A stretch of 63,385 nt of DNA from an uncultured Gammaproteobacteria bacterium (GTDB lineage Bacteria > Patescibacteriota > Patescibacteriia > Magasanikbacterales > GWA2-37-8): positions 1 to 63,385 of the forward strand of contig CAZMYO010000062.1 of NCBI GenBank assembly GCA_964570525.1, read 5' to 3'. The translations under genes were made by a program, and so were the position numbers. The notes under the pieces are model-generated. The model saw only the letters and a program-made list of their open reading frames with translations. It had not been told where the DNA came from and ran no database searches. Of the stretch, positions 25,678 to 35,179 are shown one piece after another (position 1 is the first letter of the stretch; every line of letters starts with the position of its first letter).

Positions 25678-26796
25678 ATGCGCATAGCTTTAGTCCATGA
25701 TTATCTTTCGCAAGATGGGGGGGCGGAAAGAGTTCTTAAGGCCCTCCATGAAATATGGCCGGAGGCGCCTATTTTTGTTTTATTTCATGATCGGAAAAAA
25801 ATTACCAACTTTGCCACTGCCGACGTTCGCGAATCTTTCTTAGCCCATCTTCCTTTCGGCAAATCACAGTATCAGTGGTATCTCTCGTGGATGCCGCTCG
25901 CGACCGAGAGCTTTGATCTGAAGAATTTTGATGTGGTTATATCTACTTCCAGCGTCTTTGCGAAAGGCGTGATCACGAGTCCCAACACGCTTCATATTTC
26001 TTATTGCCATACCCCGCCGCGTTTTCTCTGGGCCGACAACTACCGCTATCTTGAAGATCTCAAATTAAACCGCTTGATTAAATCCCTTTTGCCCCGGCTT
26101 ATCCATCGTCTGCGTCTCTGGGACAAAATGAGTGTCGACCGAGTCGATCATTTTATCGCCAATTCTAAAACCGTCCAGCAGCGCATTAACAAATACTACC
26201 GTCGCGAGAGTGAAGTGATATATCCGCCGGTTGACACGCACCTGTTCCAACCGCAAAAAAATATCGGCGACTACTTTGTGGCTGGCGGACGCTTGGTACC
26301 GTATAAGCGCATTGATCTCGTTATCAAAGTATTCAATCGTCTGCGCTACCCGCTAAAAATTTTTGGCACCGGACCGGAACTAGCTACCCTCCAAAACATA
26401 GCCAAACCAAATATAGAATTTCTTGGGGCAATTACCGATGAGGCCAAAGCCAAACTTTTGGCCGGCGCCCGGGCGTTTCTCCATCCTCAAGTGGAGGATT
26501 TGGGTATCACCGCGGTAGAGGCCATGGCGAGCGGCCGGCCGGTAATCGCCTATCCGGTGGGCGGAGCCACTGAAACTGTGATTGATGGTGTTACCGGCGT
26601 CTTCTTCCGCCAGCAATCGTGGGAATCGTTCCTGGATACGGTGCTCAATTTCAATCATGAAAACTGGGACAGCGCTAAGATTAAAGAGTACGCCAGCAAA
26701 TTCAACGTTGATCTCTTTAAAATTGCGCTAAAACAATCCGTGGATAATCGTTATGAAGAATTTACCCGCGGACTCAACCAGCCGGCACTTATATGA
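25678..26796 (+). CDS. Glycosyltransferase, GT4 family
   Basis: MRIALVHDYL..GGAERV N-terminus. The E..G...VEAMASGRPVIA motif is present. Confidence 0.8.
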   Translation: MRIALVHDYLSQDGGAERVLKALHEIWPEAPIFVLFHDRKKITNFATADVRESFLAHLPFGKSQYQWYLSWMPLATESFDLKNFDVVISTSSVFAKGVITSPNTLHISYCHTPPRFLWADNYRYLEDLKLNRLIKSLLPRLIHRLRLWDKMSVDRVDHFIANSKTVQQRINKYYRRESEVIYPPVDTHLFQPQKNIGDYFVAGGRLVPYKRIDLVIKVFNRLRYPLKIFGTGPELATLQNIAKPNIEFLGAITDEAKAKLLAGARAFLHPQVEDLGITAVEAMASGRPVIAYPVGGATETVIDGVTGVFFRQQSWESFLDTVLNFNHENWDSAKIKEYASKFNVDLFKIALKQSVDNRYEEFTRGLNQPALI

Positions 26797-26981
26797 TGCG
26801 AATCTACCACCGCCACAGCGGGGTCACGCCTCACGGCGGTGACAAATTTCATTCGAATCTATCACCGCCACAGCCCCGCTTAGCGGTGGCCTCACGGCGG
26901 TGACCAGTATGCTAATCTACAAACGTGCTTCTTTCGCATATTAGTAGATTCGCATAGCATCCGTAGATTAGCATTGTACCT
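26797..26981. repeat. Densely structured intergenic repeat block
   Basis: Two tandem units of (g/t)cgaatcta(c/t)caccgccacagc...cctcacggcggtgac. They are followed by the atgctaatctac...gtagattagcat and gcgaatctac/gtagattcgc inverted words. Confidence 0.5.
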
Positions 26982-28208
26982 ATGCACATCGGCATTGATC
27001 TTCGCGCGCTCATGACCCCAATGCGCACCGGCGTTGGGGAATTTGCCTTTGAGCTCCTCAACGCTCTGTTTGCGATTGACGAAACCAACGATTATTATCT
27101 CTTTTATAATTCCTCTGGAGACGTTTCCAAAAATATTCCGCGCTGGAACAAACCAAATGTACACTACGTTTCCACGCGCTGGCCGAATAAGTTGTTAAAT
27201 GCGTCCTTGTTTTTTCTAAAAAAACCGGTATTAGATAAATCCATAATTGGAAATTTCGACGTATGGTTCTCGCCCAATCTAAATTTCACCGCTCTGACTC
27301 CCGGCACCAAGCACATTCTCACTATCCACGATCTCTCATTTGAGTTCTTTCCGGAATTTTTCACTCCGCGCCAGCGCTTTTGGCACCGCCTCGTTAATCC
27401 AAAAAAACAATGCGCCGAGGCCGATATTATTTTAACGCCATCGGAAAACACCAAACGCGATCTGGTTGATTATTATAAAATTAATGCGGATAAAATAAAA
27501 GTATTATATCCCGGAACAAATTGTCATTTCGAGCAACAGCGAGAAACCTCTTTCCAATCAACTGAAACGCCCAGAGATTCCTCCTTTGACGTCGGAATGA
27601 CAGAAAAAAAAGACGAGATTAAAAAGAAATACGATTTACCCGATAACTTTATACTTTTCCTTGGAACGATCGAGCCGCGCAAGAATATCATCGGTCTTAT
27701 TGAAGCCTTTGAACTTGCACATCAAACACCTAATATCCAATATCAAATATCTGATTATCATCTCGTTATCGCTGGCGCCCCGGGTTGGAACAACCAAGCC
27801 ATCTACGAACGCGCGGCCGCTTCACCACTCCGCGACCACATAAAATTTATTGGCTTTATCAAACCGGAAGAGAAACCGGCGCTCTACGCGGCCGCCTCGC
27901 TGTTTGTCTACCCGAGCTTTTTTGAAGGCTTTGGGTTTCCGGTTTTGGAAGCGATGGCTTCCGGAGTACCAGTCGTTACTTCCAATCGCACGTCGCTGCC
28001 AGAAATTACCGGCTCGGCCGCCTACTTAGTGAACCCAAACAAGCCTCACGAAATTGCGGAGGGCATAGCACGCCTTCTCAATCACAATCTGTGTAATCCG
28101 AGTCACCATCAGCGTAATCTGTGTCAACAAAAAAATGGCCTGGAAGAGGCCAAAAAATTCAATTGGAATCAAACTGCTCACGCCTTTCTCAATCTTTTAA
28201 AAAATTAA
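26982..28208 (+). CDS. Glycosyltransferase, GT4 family, with in-frame repeat insertions
   Basis: [18 protein letters not shown] motif. It carries a 79-nt palindromic insert (27523-27601) and aatctgtgt words near the 3' end (28086-28125). Confidence 0.8.
   Translation: MHIGIDLRALMTPMRTGVGEFAFELLNALFAIDETNDYYLFYNSSGDVSKNIPRWNKPNVHYVSTRWPNKLLNASLFFLKKPVLDKSIIGNFDVWFSPNLNFTALTPGTKHILTIHDLSFEFFPEFFTPRQRFWHRLVNPKKQCAEADIILTPSENTKRDLVDYYKINADKIKVLYPGTNCHFEQQRETSFQSTETPRDSSFDVGMTEKKDEIKKKYDLPDNFILFLGTIEPRKNIIGLIEAFELAHQTPNIQYQISDYHLVIAGAPGWNNQAIYERAAASPLRDHIKFIGFIKPEEKPALYAAASLFVYPSFFEGFGFPVLEAMASGVPVVTSNRTSLPEITGSAAYLVNPNKPHEIAEGIARLLNHNLCNPSHHQRNLCQQKNGLEEAKKFNWNQTAHAFLNLLKN
27523..27601. mobile_element. 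MITE-like palindromic element inserted in frame in the GT4 CDS
   Basis: The termini gtcatttcgagc and cgtcggaatgac are inverted repeats. It is translated as [27 protein letters not shown]. Confidence 0.55.
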
Positions 28209-29458
28209 TTATAACCAAGCGCCGAAAACACTACCAAGGCCAAGCTCGCTCCAATTAACCCGACAATGGTAAGCCAGCCGATGACGTTGCCCGGCAGCTT
28301 GTTGGTGTACTCACCCATAATCCGCTTATTATTTACAATCAGCATCACAAAAATTAAGATAATCGGCAGGAGCATTCCATTAACATCTTGGGAAAGTATC
28401 ATAATCTTGACCAGCGAAATCTTCGGCAGGAGAACGATAACGGCCGGTACCGCGATGCTCAACAAAATAATGCTGTAAAAAATCTTCCCGGTCTTCCAGG
28501 TGGTATCAAAACCCGCTTCCCAACCAAACGCTTCGCACAAAGCATAGCTCGTAGCGACCGGCAAGATAAACGCGCCGAGCATGGAAGCGGCGAACAATCC
28601 AAAGGAAAATAAAATCTGGGCTAAGTGCCCCGCCAAGGGCTCGAGCGCTCGCGCCGCGTCCGGCACGCTCTCAATCCTAATACCATGAGCATAGAGGGTA
28701 GCGGCGGTGCTGATGATGATAAAAAAACTCACCACATTCGTGAGCAAAGCCCCAATGTAGACCTCCCCTTTTTCTATTCTATAGTGTTTAATGTCCAGCC
28801 CCTTGTCGACCACATATGATTGAATAAAAAATTGCCCCCACGGCGTGATGGTAGTACCAATGAGGGCGATCATCGTAAGCAAAAACGGCGTGGTCCACTC
28901 CATGGTCGGTGTCACGAGGCTGCCGAGAGCCTGCTTAAAATCTGGATGAATAACAAACCCATTAATAATATAGACAATGTAGAGCAGCGAAAATATTAAA
29001 AATATCTTTTGGGTCGTTTTGAATGATCCTTTGTAAAGAACAAACCATACTATGGCTGCCACGAGCGGAACTATCAAATATTTACTTACCCCAAATAAAG
29101 AAAACGCCGCGGCCACGCCGGCAAACTCCGCTGTAATCGTTCCCAAGTTCGCGACGAGAAGCGCCAGCATGGCGAGGGTTGTCCAGCGCACGCCGAAATT
29201 TTCGCGAATCACTCCCCCCAGTCCCTGACGCGTGACAAGCCCGATGCGCACGCCAATTTCTTGCGTGATTGCCAATGAAAATGTAACTAAAAAAAGCACC
29301 CAGAGCATTTTGAGGCCGAAATGCGCGCCGACAATGGAATAGGTGGTAATACCGCCGGCATCATTATCGGCATTGGCGGCAATGAGGCCCGGGCCGATAA
29401 CACTTCCCACGGTAAGCGCTCGGAGCCAAAAATGACGAAGTTTTTGCCGCATATGCAT
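28205..29458 (-). CDS. Nramp/SLC11-family transporter with a non-canonical metal site (NRMT-like)
   Basis: The Nramp-like TM1 motif GPGLIAANADNDAGG reads DAGG in place of DPGN. The TM6 motif GTTITPW replaces GA(T)xMPH. Confidence 0.8.
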   Translation of the reverse strand: MHMRQKLRHFWLRALTVGSVIGPGLIAANADNDAGGITTYSIVGAHFGLKMLWVLFLVTFSLAITQEIGVRIGLVTRQGLGGVIRENFGVRWTTLAMLALLVANLGTITAEFAGVAAAFSLFGVSKYLIVPLVAAIVWFVLYKGSFKTTQKIFLIFSLLYIVYIINGFVIHPDFKQALGSLVTPTMEWTTPFLLTMIALIGTTITPWGQFFIQSYVVDKGLDIKHYRIEKGEVYIGALLTNVVSFFIIISTAATLYAHGIRIESVPDAARALEPLAGHLAQILFSFGLFAASMLGAFILPVATSYALCEAFGWEAGFDTTWKTGKIFYSIILLSIAVPAVIVLLPKISLVKIMILSQDVNGMLLPIILIFVMLIVNNKRIMGEYTNKLPGNVIGWLTIVGLIGASLALVVFSALGYN

Positions 29459-29503
29459 TACTTATACTTACAGCTTACTTTGCCTACTCTGCTTATTGCT
29501 TAT

Positions 29504-30712
29504 TTATGCTTTTGGCGCGAAGTAACGCATGATATCATCAATCGAAACCACGCCGACAAGTCTACCCTCATCATCAAGCACGGCCGACATATACAAATCG
29601 TACTTTGTCATCAAGGTGATGATGTGGCTTACCTGATCGGTAATTTTGAGCGCCGGCAGGTGCGGCTGATGCTTGATAATATCAACCAGATGGTCTTTGC
29701 CATCCGCAGTGAGGAGCCGCCGGAGCGACACTGAACCTTGGAATGTCCCTTCAGCATCTATGACATAAACATAGAGGATAGAACGCATGAGCGACGACAA
29801 GCGGCGAATCTCCGTAATGGTTTGTTCGACTGTCCAATCGGGCGCGGCCGAAACAAAGTCTGTCGTCATAAGTCCGCCGGCAATATCATCGTCATACCGG
29901 ATCAATTTTTCGGCTTTTCTAAAGCGAACATTTGTTAATTTGGAAACAAGTTTATTCGCCTCTTCTTTGGGCAGCGCCTTCAAGAGGTCCACGATCTCGT
30001 CGGTAGACATGTGGCTCACAATCTGCGCCGCTTGTTCTGGATCCAACTGGTTCACGAGCACTTTCTGGAGCGCCGGGTCAATTTCTTCCATCACCTTGGC
30101 GGCGGTTTCCGTGTCCAAGGATTTCACCAGGCGGCTGCCATGCTTGATGCTCAAATCCTCGATAATATTTGCCAAATCGGCCGGATGCAGTCGGACAAGA
30201 TCTTTAGAAACGGTATCTAATTTTAACATACCCTTCACCGGCTGGGTTTTCCGCCAGTCGATCAAATTAACTTTAAAAAGACCGAGTACATCCAAGGCCG
30301 CAATTCCTAGTCGGCGCAGAATTCCTTTAAAGCTGATATCAATGCCGAGCACGCACATTTTGTTTTCAAAAAGCCCCAGGCGCAGATCATTCACCCGCAC
30401 TACCCGCGCCCCTTCGACATCAACAATTTGCTGATCCAACACATCGCGCACCAAAAAAATATACTCGCCGGACGGCTCCGCTAAAGCAATTGCGGCGCGC
30501 GGGCTTTTGAGAGCGATTTCATCACGGCCAATATTTTCTACATATTCATAGGGAACAAAAAAATCCCTCCGGCCGCGTGACTGAACCCAGAGAAAATGGA
30601 GTGGCGCGTATGCTCCCGACGCGGGAGTGATAACAATATCTTTAAGACGACCGACTGTTTGGTCGGCGCTATCTTTAATTTTAGTGTGGAGCACCTTGCT
30701 TAGGTAAGCCAT
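29504..30712 (-). CDS. Soluble MgtE N-domain + tandem CBS protein (no transmembrane pore domain)
   Basis: LHPADLANIIEDL...EIVDLLKALP forms the MgtE_N helical domain, followed by two CBS repeats. The ORF ends right after CBS2. The start was set to MAYLSK (30712). Confidence 0.8.
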   Translation of the reverse strand: MAYLSKVLHTKIKDSADQTVGRLKDIVITPASGAYAPLHFLWVQSRGRRDFFVPYEYVENIGRDEIALKSPRAAIALAEPSGEYIFLVRDVLDQQIVDVEGARVVRVNDLRLGLFENKMCVLGIDISFKGILRRLGIAALDVLGLFKVNLIDWRKTQPVKGMLKLDTVSKDLVRLHPADLANIIEDLSIKHGSRLVKSLDTETAAKVMEEIDPALQKVLVNQLDPEQAAQIVSHMSTDEIVDLLKALPKEEANKLVSKLTNVRFRKAEKLIRYDDDIAGGLMTTDFVSAAPDWTVEQTITEIRRLSSLMRSILYVYVIDAEGTFQGSVSLRRLLTADGKDHLVDIIKHQPHLPALKITDQVSHIITLMTKYDLYMSAVLDDEGRLVGVVSIDDIMRYFAPKA

Positions 30713-30776
30713 AGAAACTTGTCTACTCGCTAGTTTACCTAAAAAACCAGTAAAAAACAACCCTTAAAAGAGAAAA

Positions 30777-30799
30777 GCGTCCCGACTTAGTCGGGACGC
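30777..30799. repeat. CCCGAC-TTAG-GTCGGG hairpin (REP family 1)
   Basis: gcgtcccgacttagtcgggacgc lies between two minus-strand genes. Confidence 0.65.
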
Positions 30800-31134
30800 T
30801 AAAACAATGGCACATTAAAACTTTGGCAGAGAATTGACAGGCTTACGGGGAGCCCAATCGCCACGATAGCTATCCCTAGCTCGGGAAGAATACAAGCCAA
30901 AAAACAGCCGAAACTTACTTGTAAAAAATGACACATGATCGTTACCGGCTCCGGATATCTAGACCAGATGAGCTGTCCGGTTTTTATGCCGAGAGCAAAA
31001 ATGACGAGGTAAAACAATCCAGCGAAAATCGCGGTAAAAAGAACTGGACGGATTCGCCACATCGCCAGCATAAGACCAGCCAAGGCTCCCGTCATTACAT
31101 GCACCACGTCAACGAGCGCGAGGTTATACGGCAT
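30799..31134 (-). CDS. Small polytopic membrane protein, hypothetical
   Basis: Four hydrophobic segments. agggag lies 6 nt before ATG-31134. Confidence 0.45.
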   Translation of the reverse strand: MPYNLALVDVVHVMTGALAGLMLAMWRIRPVLFTAIFAGLFYLVIFALGIKTGQLIWSRYPEPVTIMCHFLQVSFGCFLACILPELGIAIVAIGLPVSLSILCQSFNVPLF

Positions 31135-31283
31135 GGATTCTCCCTTCTGGGCCTTCATTGGAAGGCTACTCGATGGCTACAGTTATGGTGCTCTAAAAAA
31201 TATTTCTTGTCAATTCAAGACACTTTGTAAACCTAACTGACTTCCAGTATACTATCCCTTAGCACAGACTTTCGACTATCACT

Positions 31284-32399
31284 ATGCGTATTGGCATTGA
31301 TGCCCGGATGTACGGTCCTCGGCAGGGCGGGCTCGGGCGCTATCTTCAACAGCTTATCCTCCAGCTGGAACAAATCGAATCGACTGATGAATTTGTTATT
31401 TTTTTGCGTAAAGAAAATTGGGATGATTACACTCCAAAAAATATTAGCTTTAAAAAAGTACTGGCTGATATTCCCTGGTATTCCTGGCGGGAGCAGTTGC
31501 AACTACCCGGCATTATCAAAAAAGAAAATGTGAGTCTCATGCATTTCCCGCACTGGAACGTTCCTCTCTTCTACAAAGATCAATTTGTTGTTACCATCCA
31601 CGATCTCTTGCTGCTGCATTATCCCACCCGCGCGGCCAGCACCTTGGGTCCGATTACTTACTGGTGTAAAAACCTGGCCTACAAATTTGTTCTTCGCCAC
31701 GCCGTAAAAAAATCAGAACATATTATCGCGGTTAGTGAATTTACTAAGCTTGACCTCCGCAAAACTCTTGGCATCCCGCTCGACAAGATAACGGTTATAT
31801 ATCAAGCGCCGTTCGATAATTTCCAATTTCCAAACAACCAACTGCTAGACACCTACGACATTTCAAAGCCATATGTGTTGTATGTTGGCGTTGCTTACCC
31901 GCATAAAAATCTCTCGGGTCTCCTCCGCGCTTGGAAACTATTTGAAGAAAAATATGGCCATGAATGTCAGCTTGTTCTCGTCGGCAAAAACAATTACTTT
32001 TATGCGAAACTAAGAACTCTGAACTCTGAACTTCGAACTGCCAATGTTGTTTTTACCGACTTTGTGCCAGACGACAGCTTGCCGGCGCTTTATCAAAATG
32101 CCGCCCTCTATGTCAACCCAAGCCTCTACGAGGGCTTTGCTCTGCCAGCGCTTGAAGCCATGAGCCACGGTCTCCCAGTCGCCTCTTCCAACGCCACCTG
32201 TTTGCCCGAAGTCTTGGGTAGCGCCGCTCTTTATTTTGATCCTAAAAACTACTCCGAAATGGCAGAAGCGATTCACGAGGGCCTCACCAATGTTCCCCTC
32301 CGCACGGCTCTGGTTGCCGAAGGCAGAAAAATCCTCACTCGCTACAGCGCTAAAAAACTTGCCGAAAAGACTTATCACATCTATCAAAAAAACCTCTAA
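31284..32399 (+). CDS. Glycosyltransferase, GT4 family
   Basis: MRIGIDAR N-terminus and the EGFALPALEAMSHGLPVA motif. Word-repeat segments lie at 31818-31842 and 32012-32040. Confidence 0.8.
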   Translation: MRIGIDARMYGPRQGGLGRYLQQLILQLEQIESTDEFVIFLRKENWDDYTPKNISFKKVLADIPWYSWREQLQLPGIIKKENVSLMHFPHWNVPLFYKDQFVVTIHDLLLLHYPTRAASTLGPITYWCKNLAYKFVLRHAVKKSEHIIAVSEFTKLDLRKTLGIPLDKITVIYQAPFDNFQFPNNQLLDTYDISKPYVLYVGVAYPHKNLSGLLRAWKLFEEKYGHECQLVLVGKNNYFYAKLRTLNSELRTANVVFTDFVPDDSLPALYQNAALYVNPSLYEGFALPALEAMSHGLPVASSNATCLPEVLGSAALYFDPKNYSEMAEAIHEGLTNVPLRTALVAEGRKILTRYSAKKLAEKTYHIYQKNL

Positions 32400-32515
32400 A
32401 ACAATCCGCTTACTTTGAATTACGGCGGTGGCAAAATTACCAAATACTTCTTTGTTTTGAGTATGAAATAGTGTATAATATCAAAGCAATTAACAGCCTG
32501 GGAAACTAGTTTCCA

Positions 32516-35146
32516 ATGAACAAAGACGTCAACAAAAAAATCCAGCTGCGCCGGTGCGCCTCTTGCCAAAAAGTCGGCCATAACAAATCCACCTGCCAAG
32601 AACCGGTCTCGCCCGCCATATCTCCTTCAGCCAAGGCGCCCGCCGCCCCGCTGAAATTTTTTGTGCATCATGTTGATCATACAGCAACGCCCTCAACGCA
32701 TGTTCTCGATCTTAAGCGAGGGACGCAGGGCATTTGGGATACGATACAATCTTCTTCGCCAATCCTTCCCCCGACCTTGTATCACTCGTACCACCAAATT
32801 GCCGAGGAGCCCCCGAGCCAACTCACCCCTCCGACCAAACCTTCGCCTAAAGCAACGCCGCTTTTTGCCACACTCAAACCAGCTCAATCCAAAACTTCTA
32901 AACCTGACAAAGTTAAACCCAACGAAGCGCCGCGCTTGCCAATTTTTAGATCCTTGCTCAACGAACTCTCCCAAATAAAAAAGGATGTTTTTAAGGTATT
33001 CCGGAAAAAACCACGCCATACCTTTGTTGCCGTAGCGAAGCCAGTCCCCCGATGGACATCGGACAGGCAGGCACCCGAATACCTGGCGCAATTCAAAAAA
33101 ATTCCCCATAAACTGGGTTTGCTGTGGCAATCGTGGCGTTCCAAAATTTCACCGCGACGCCTGGTTTTGTCGGTATTTTTTCTGGCTATTATCGCGGCCG
33201 CGCCAAGCTCCGCCAAAAGCTACTATTATAGTTTAAAAACCACTAAAGCCGCGGTGGCGGAAAACAGCGCGGCTGGGTTTGCGGCTCTGGAAGATTCCAC
33301 AGTCGCTCTAAAACAAGCGGATCTTGCTTCGGCGGAGAAGTCTTCCTTGGTTGCTATCCAAAAATTCAATACGGCCACCACGGCGCTTGAAGCTCACCAT
33401 CGGCTCCTCCAAACGCTCGCCGCGGCCATGCCGTTTTTAGGCAGTGAATTCGTCAGCAGACAAAAAATTCTTTTAGCCGGGCAAGAGATCGCCACCGGCA
33501 ACAGCTATATTCTGGATGGGCTTAAAGAAAGCCAAGCGGACACTAAAAAAACACTTACCAAACGCTTGGCCGTCATCTTAGAGCGCTTAGCGGCGGCACT
33601 CCCTAACTACACTAAAGCGCTCGAAAATTTGAAGGCGGTAGACAGCGCCGCCCTGCCTCTCAAATACCAAACTCAATTTAATAATTTCCGCGAACTTTTT
33701 GCCAATCTCCTTAATGATTTTGGCAATCTCTCCGACGTTGGCAGTTCCCTCCAAGAAATTTTTGGCGGCCAAGGTTTACGGCGCTATTTGCTGGTGTTCC
33801 AAAACGAGCATGAACTGCGCCCCACCGGGGGCTTTATGGGCAGCTTGGCTATTCTCGATATAAAGGATGGGGAAATTATCAAGCTGGAAGTACCACCGGG
33901 CGGAAGCTATGATTTTCAGGGGCAGCTCAATAAATTTGTGGAACCGCCCAGCCCGCTTCTGCTCGCCGACAAGCGCTGGGAATTCCAAGATGCCAATTGG
34001 TTCCCCGATTTCCCAGCCAGCGCCCAAAAAATTCTCTGGTTCTATCAGCACAGCCGGGGTGTTACGGCTGACGGCGTTATCGCCATCAACGGAAGCGTCT
34101 TGGCGCGTCTTCTCGAGATTGTCGGACCTATCACCGACGAAAAACGGCAGATCACCTTAACGGCCGACAATGCCTTGCCCACAATCCAACAGGTAGTGGA
34201 GGAAGGCCCGGAAAAAAACCTGCGTAAACCCAAACAAATCATCGCCGATCTGGCGCCGCGTTTTGTGGATTTTTTTAAAACCTTGCGCAGTGAAAACATC
34301 ATGCCGCTTCTAGTTAATTTAAAAGAAGCGCTGGAACAAAAAGAAATTCAGGCTTATTTCACGGACACGCAAACCGAAAATACCATTAAAGCGTTTGGCT
34401 GGGGGGGACAGCTACTGCCGACCAAGCTCGCGCAAGATTATATTTTGGTAATCAACACCAACATTCAAGGACAAAAAAGCGATGCCAAAATCAAACAGGC
34501 CATCAGCCACCAAGCGCTGGTCCAAGCCGATGGGAGTATTGTAGATACCGTAACTATTACGCGCGAGCATGCCGGAAAACAGAATGAAAAACTATACGGG
34601 CAAACCAACATTAACTATCTGCGTGTTTATGTGCCCGTTGGCAGCGAGCTCATCTCGGCGCGCGGCTTTAGCTGGCCCGACGAAAAAAGTTTCCGTGCGC
34701 CGGATAAGTGGTATAAAAAAGACGCTTACCTTGCGAGCGTGGAGAGAGAGATCAAAATTGACAGCCAATCTGGCACCAAAATCACCTCCGAGTTTGGTAA
34801 AACCGCTTTTGGAAACTGGGTAATTACCGAACCCGGGCAAACGAGCCAGGTGCAATTTTCCTATCGCCTGCCGTTTAAACTTGAATCTGGAGCCGCAACT
34901 TATCGAAGCGGCTGGAAAAAAATTATCACCGCTCTCGGAGAACAGCTGGTGGATTATCAGTTGATCGCGCAAAAACAATCCGGCGTAACGAGCGCGTTCG
35001 AGAGCCAAGTTATTTTCCCAGATACCTGGTCTCCAATTTGGAAAGACGGCCAAGCCATCACCTTGGCTAAAAATGGCGCGAGTATCGACCAGTTCAGGCT
35101 AGACAAAGACACGGTGTGGAGCGTACTCGTGAAAAAAAATAACTAA
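32516..35146 (+). CDS. DUF4012-domain envelope protein with an N-terminal CCHC zinc knuckle, a Pro-rich linker and a TM anchor
   Basis: YLLVFQNEHELRPTGGFMGS is the DUF4012 hallmark. CASCQKVGHNKSTC fits CX2CX4HX4C. The TM helix is LVLSVFFLAIIAAAP. Confidence 0.75.
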   Translation: MNKDVNKKIQLRRCASCQKVGHNKSTCQEPVSPAISPSAKAPAAPLKFFVHHVDHTATPSTHVLDLKRGTQGIWDTIQSSSPILPPTLYHSYHQIAEEPPSQLTPPTKPSPKATPLFATLKPAQSKTSKPDKVKPNEAPRLPIFRSLLNELSQIKKDVFKVFRKKPRHTFVAVAKPVPRWTSDRQAPEYLAQFKKIPHKLGLLWQSWRSKISPRRLVLSVFFLAIIAAAPSSAKSYYYSLKTTKAAVAENSAAGFAALEDSTVALKQADLASAEKSSLVAIQKFNTATTALEAHHRLLQTLAAAMPFLGSEFVSRQKILLAGQEIATGNSYILDGLKESQADTKKTLTKRLAVILERLAAALPNYTKALENLKAVDSAALPLKYQTQFNNFRELFANLLNDFGNLSDVGSSLQEIFGGQGLRRYLLVFQNEHELRPTGGFMGSLAILDIKDGEIIKLEVPPGGSYDFQGQLNKFVEPPSPLLLADKRWEFQDANWFPDFPASAQKILWFYQHSRGVTADGVIAINGSVLARLLEIVGPITDEKRQITLTADNALPTIQQVVEEGPEKNLRKPKQIIADLAPRFVDFFKTLRSENIMPLLVNLKEALEQKEIQAYFTDTQTENTIKAFGWGGQLLPTKLAQDYILVINTNIQGQKSDAKIKQAISHQALVQADGSIVDTVTITREHAGKQNEKLYGQTNINYLRVYVPVGSELISARGFSWPDEKSFRAPDKWYKKDAYLASVEREIKIDSQSGTKITSEFGKTAFGNWVITEPGQTSQVQFSYRLPFKLESGAATYRSGWKKIITALGEQLVDYQLIAQKQSGVTSAFESQVIFPDTWSPIWKDGQAITLAKNGASIDQFRLDKDTVWSVLVKKNN

Positions 35147-35179
35147 ACGTTTTATTGCTTACTACCATTCTAAAACTAT

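Noticed and set aside
29787-30434. A 215-aa plus-strand ORF
   Set aside because: It is antisense to the MgtE_N/CBS gene, whose domain motifs are unambiguous.
30713-30798. Known riboswitches or ribozymes: an M-box before the MgtE_N/Nramp pair, the glmS ribozyme before glmS (5903-5963), and a T-box before thrS (40414-40443)
   Set aside because: The available leaders are about 85, 60 and 30 nt. They are far shorter than these RNA elements, and I saw no characteristic conserved cores.
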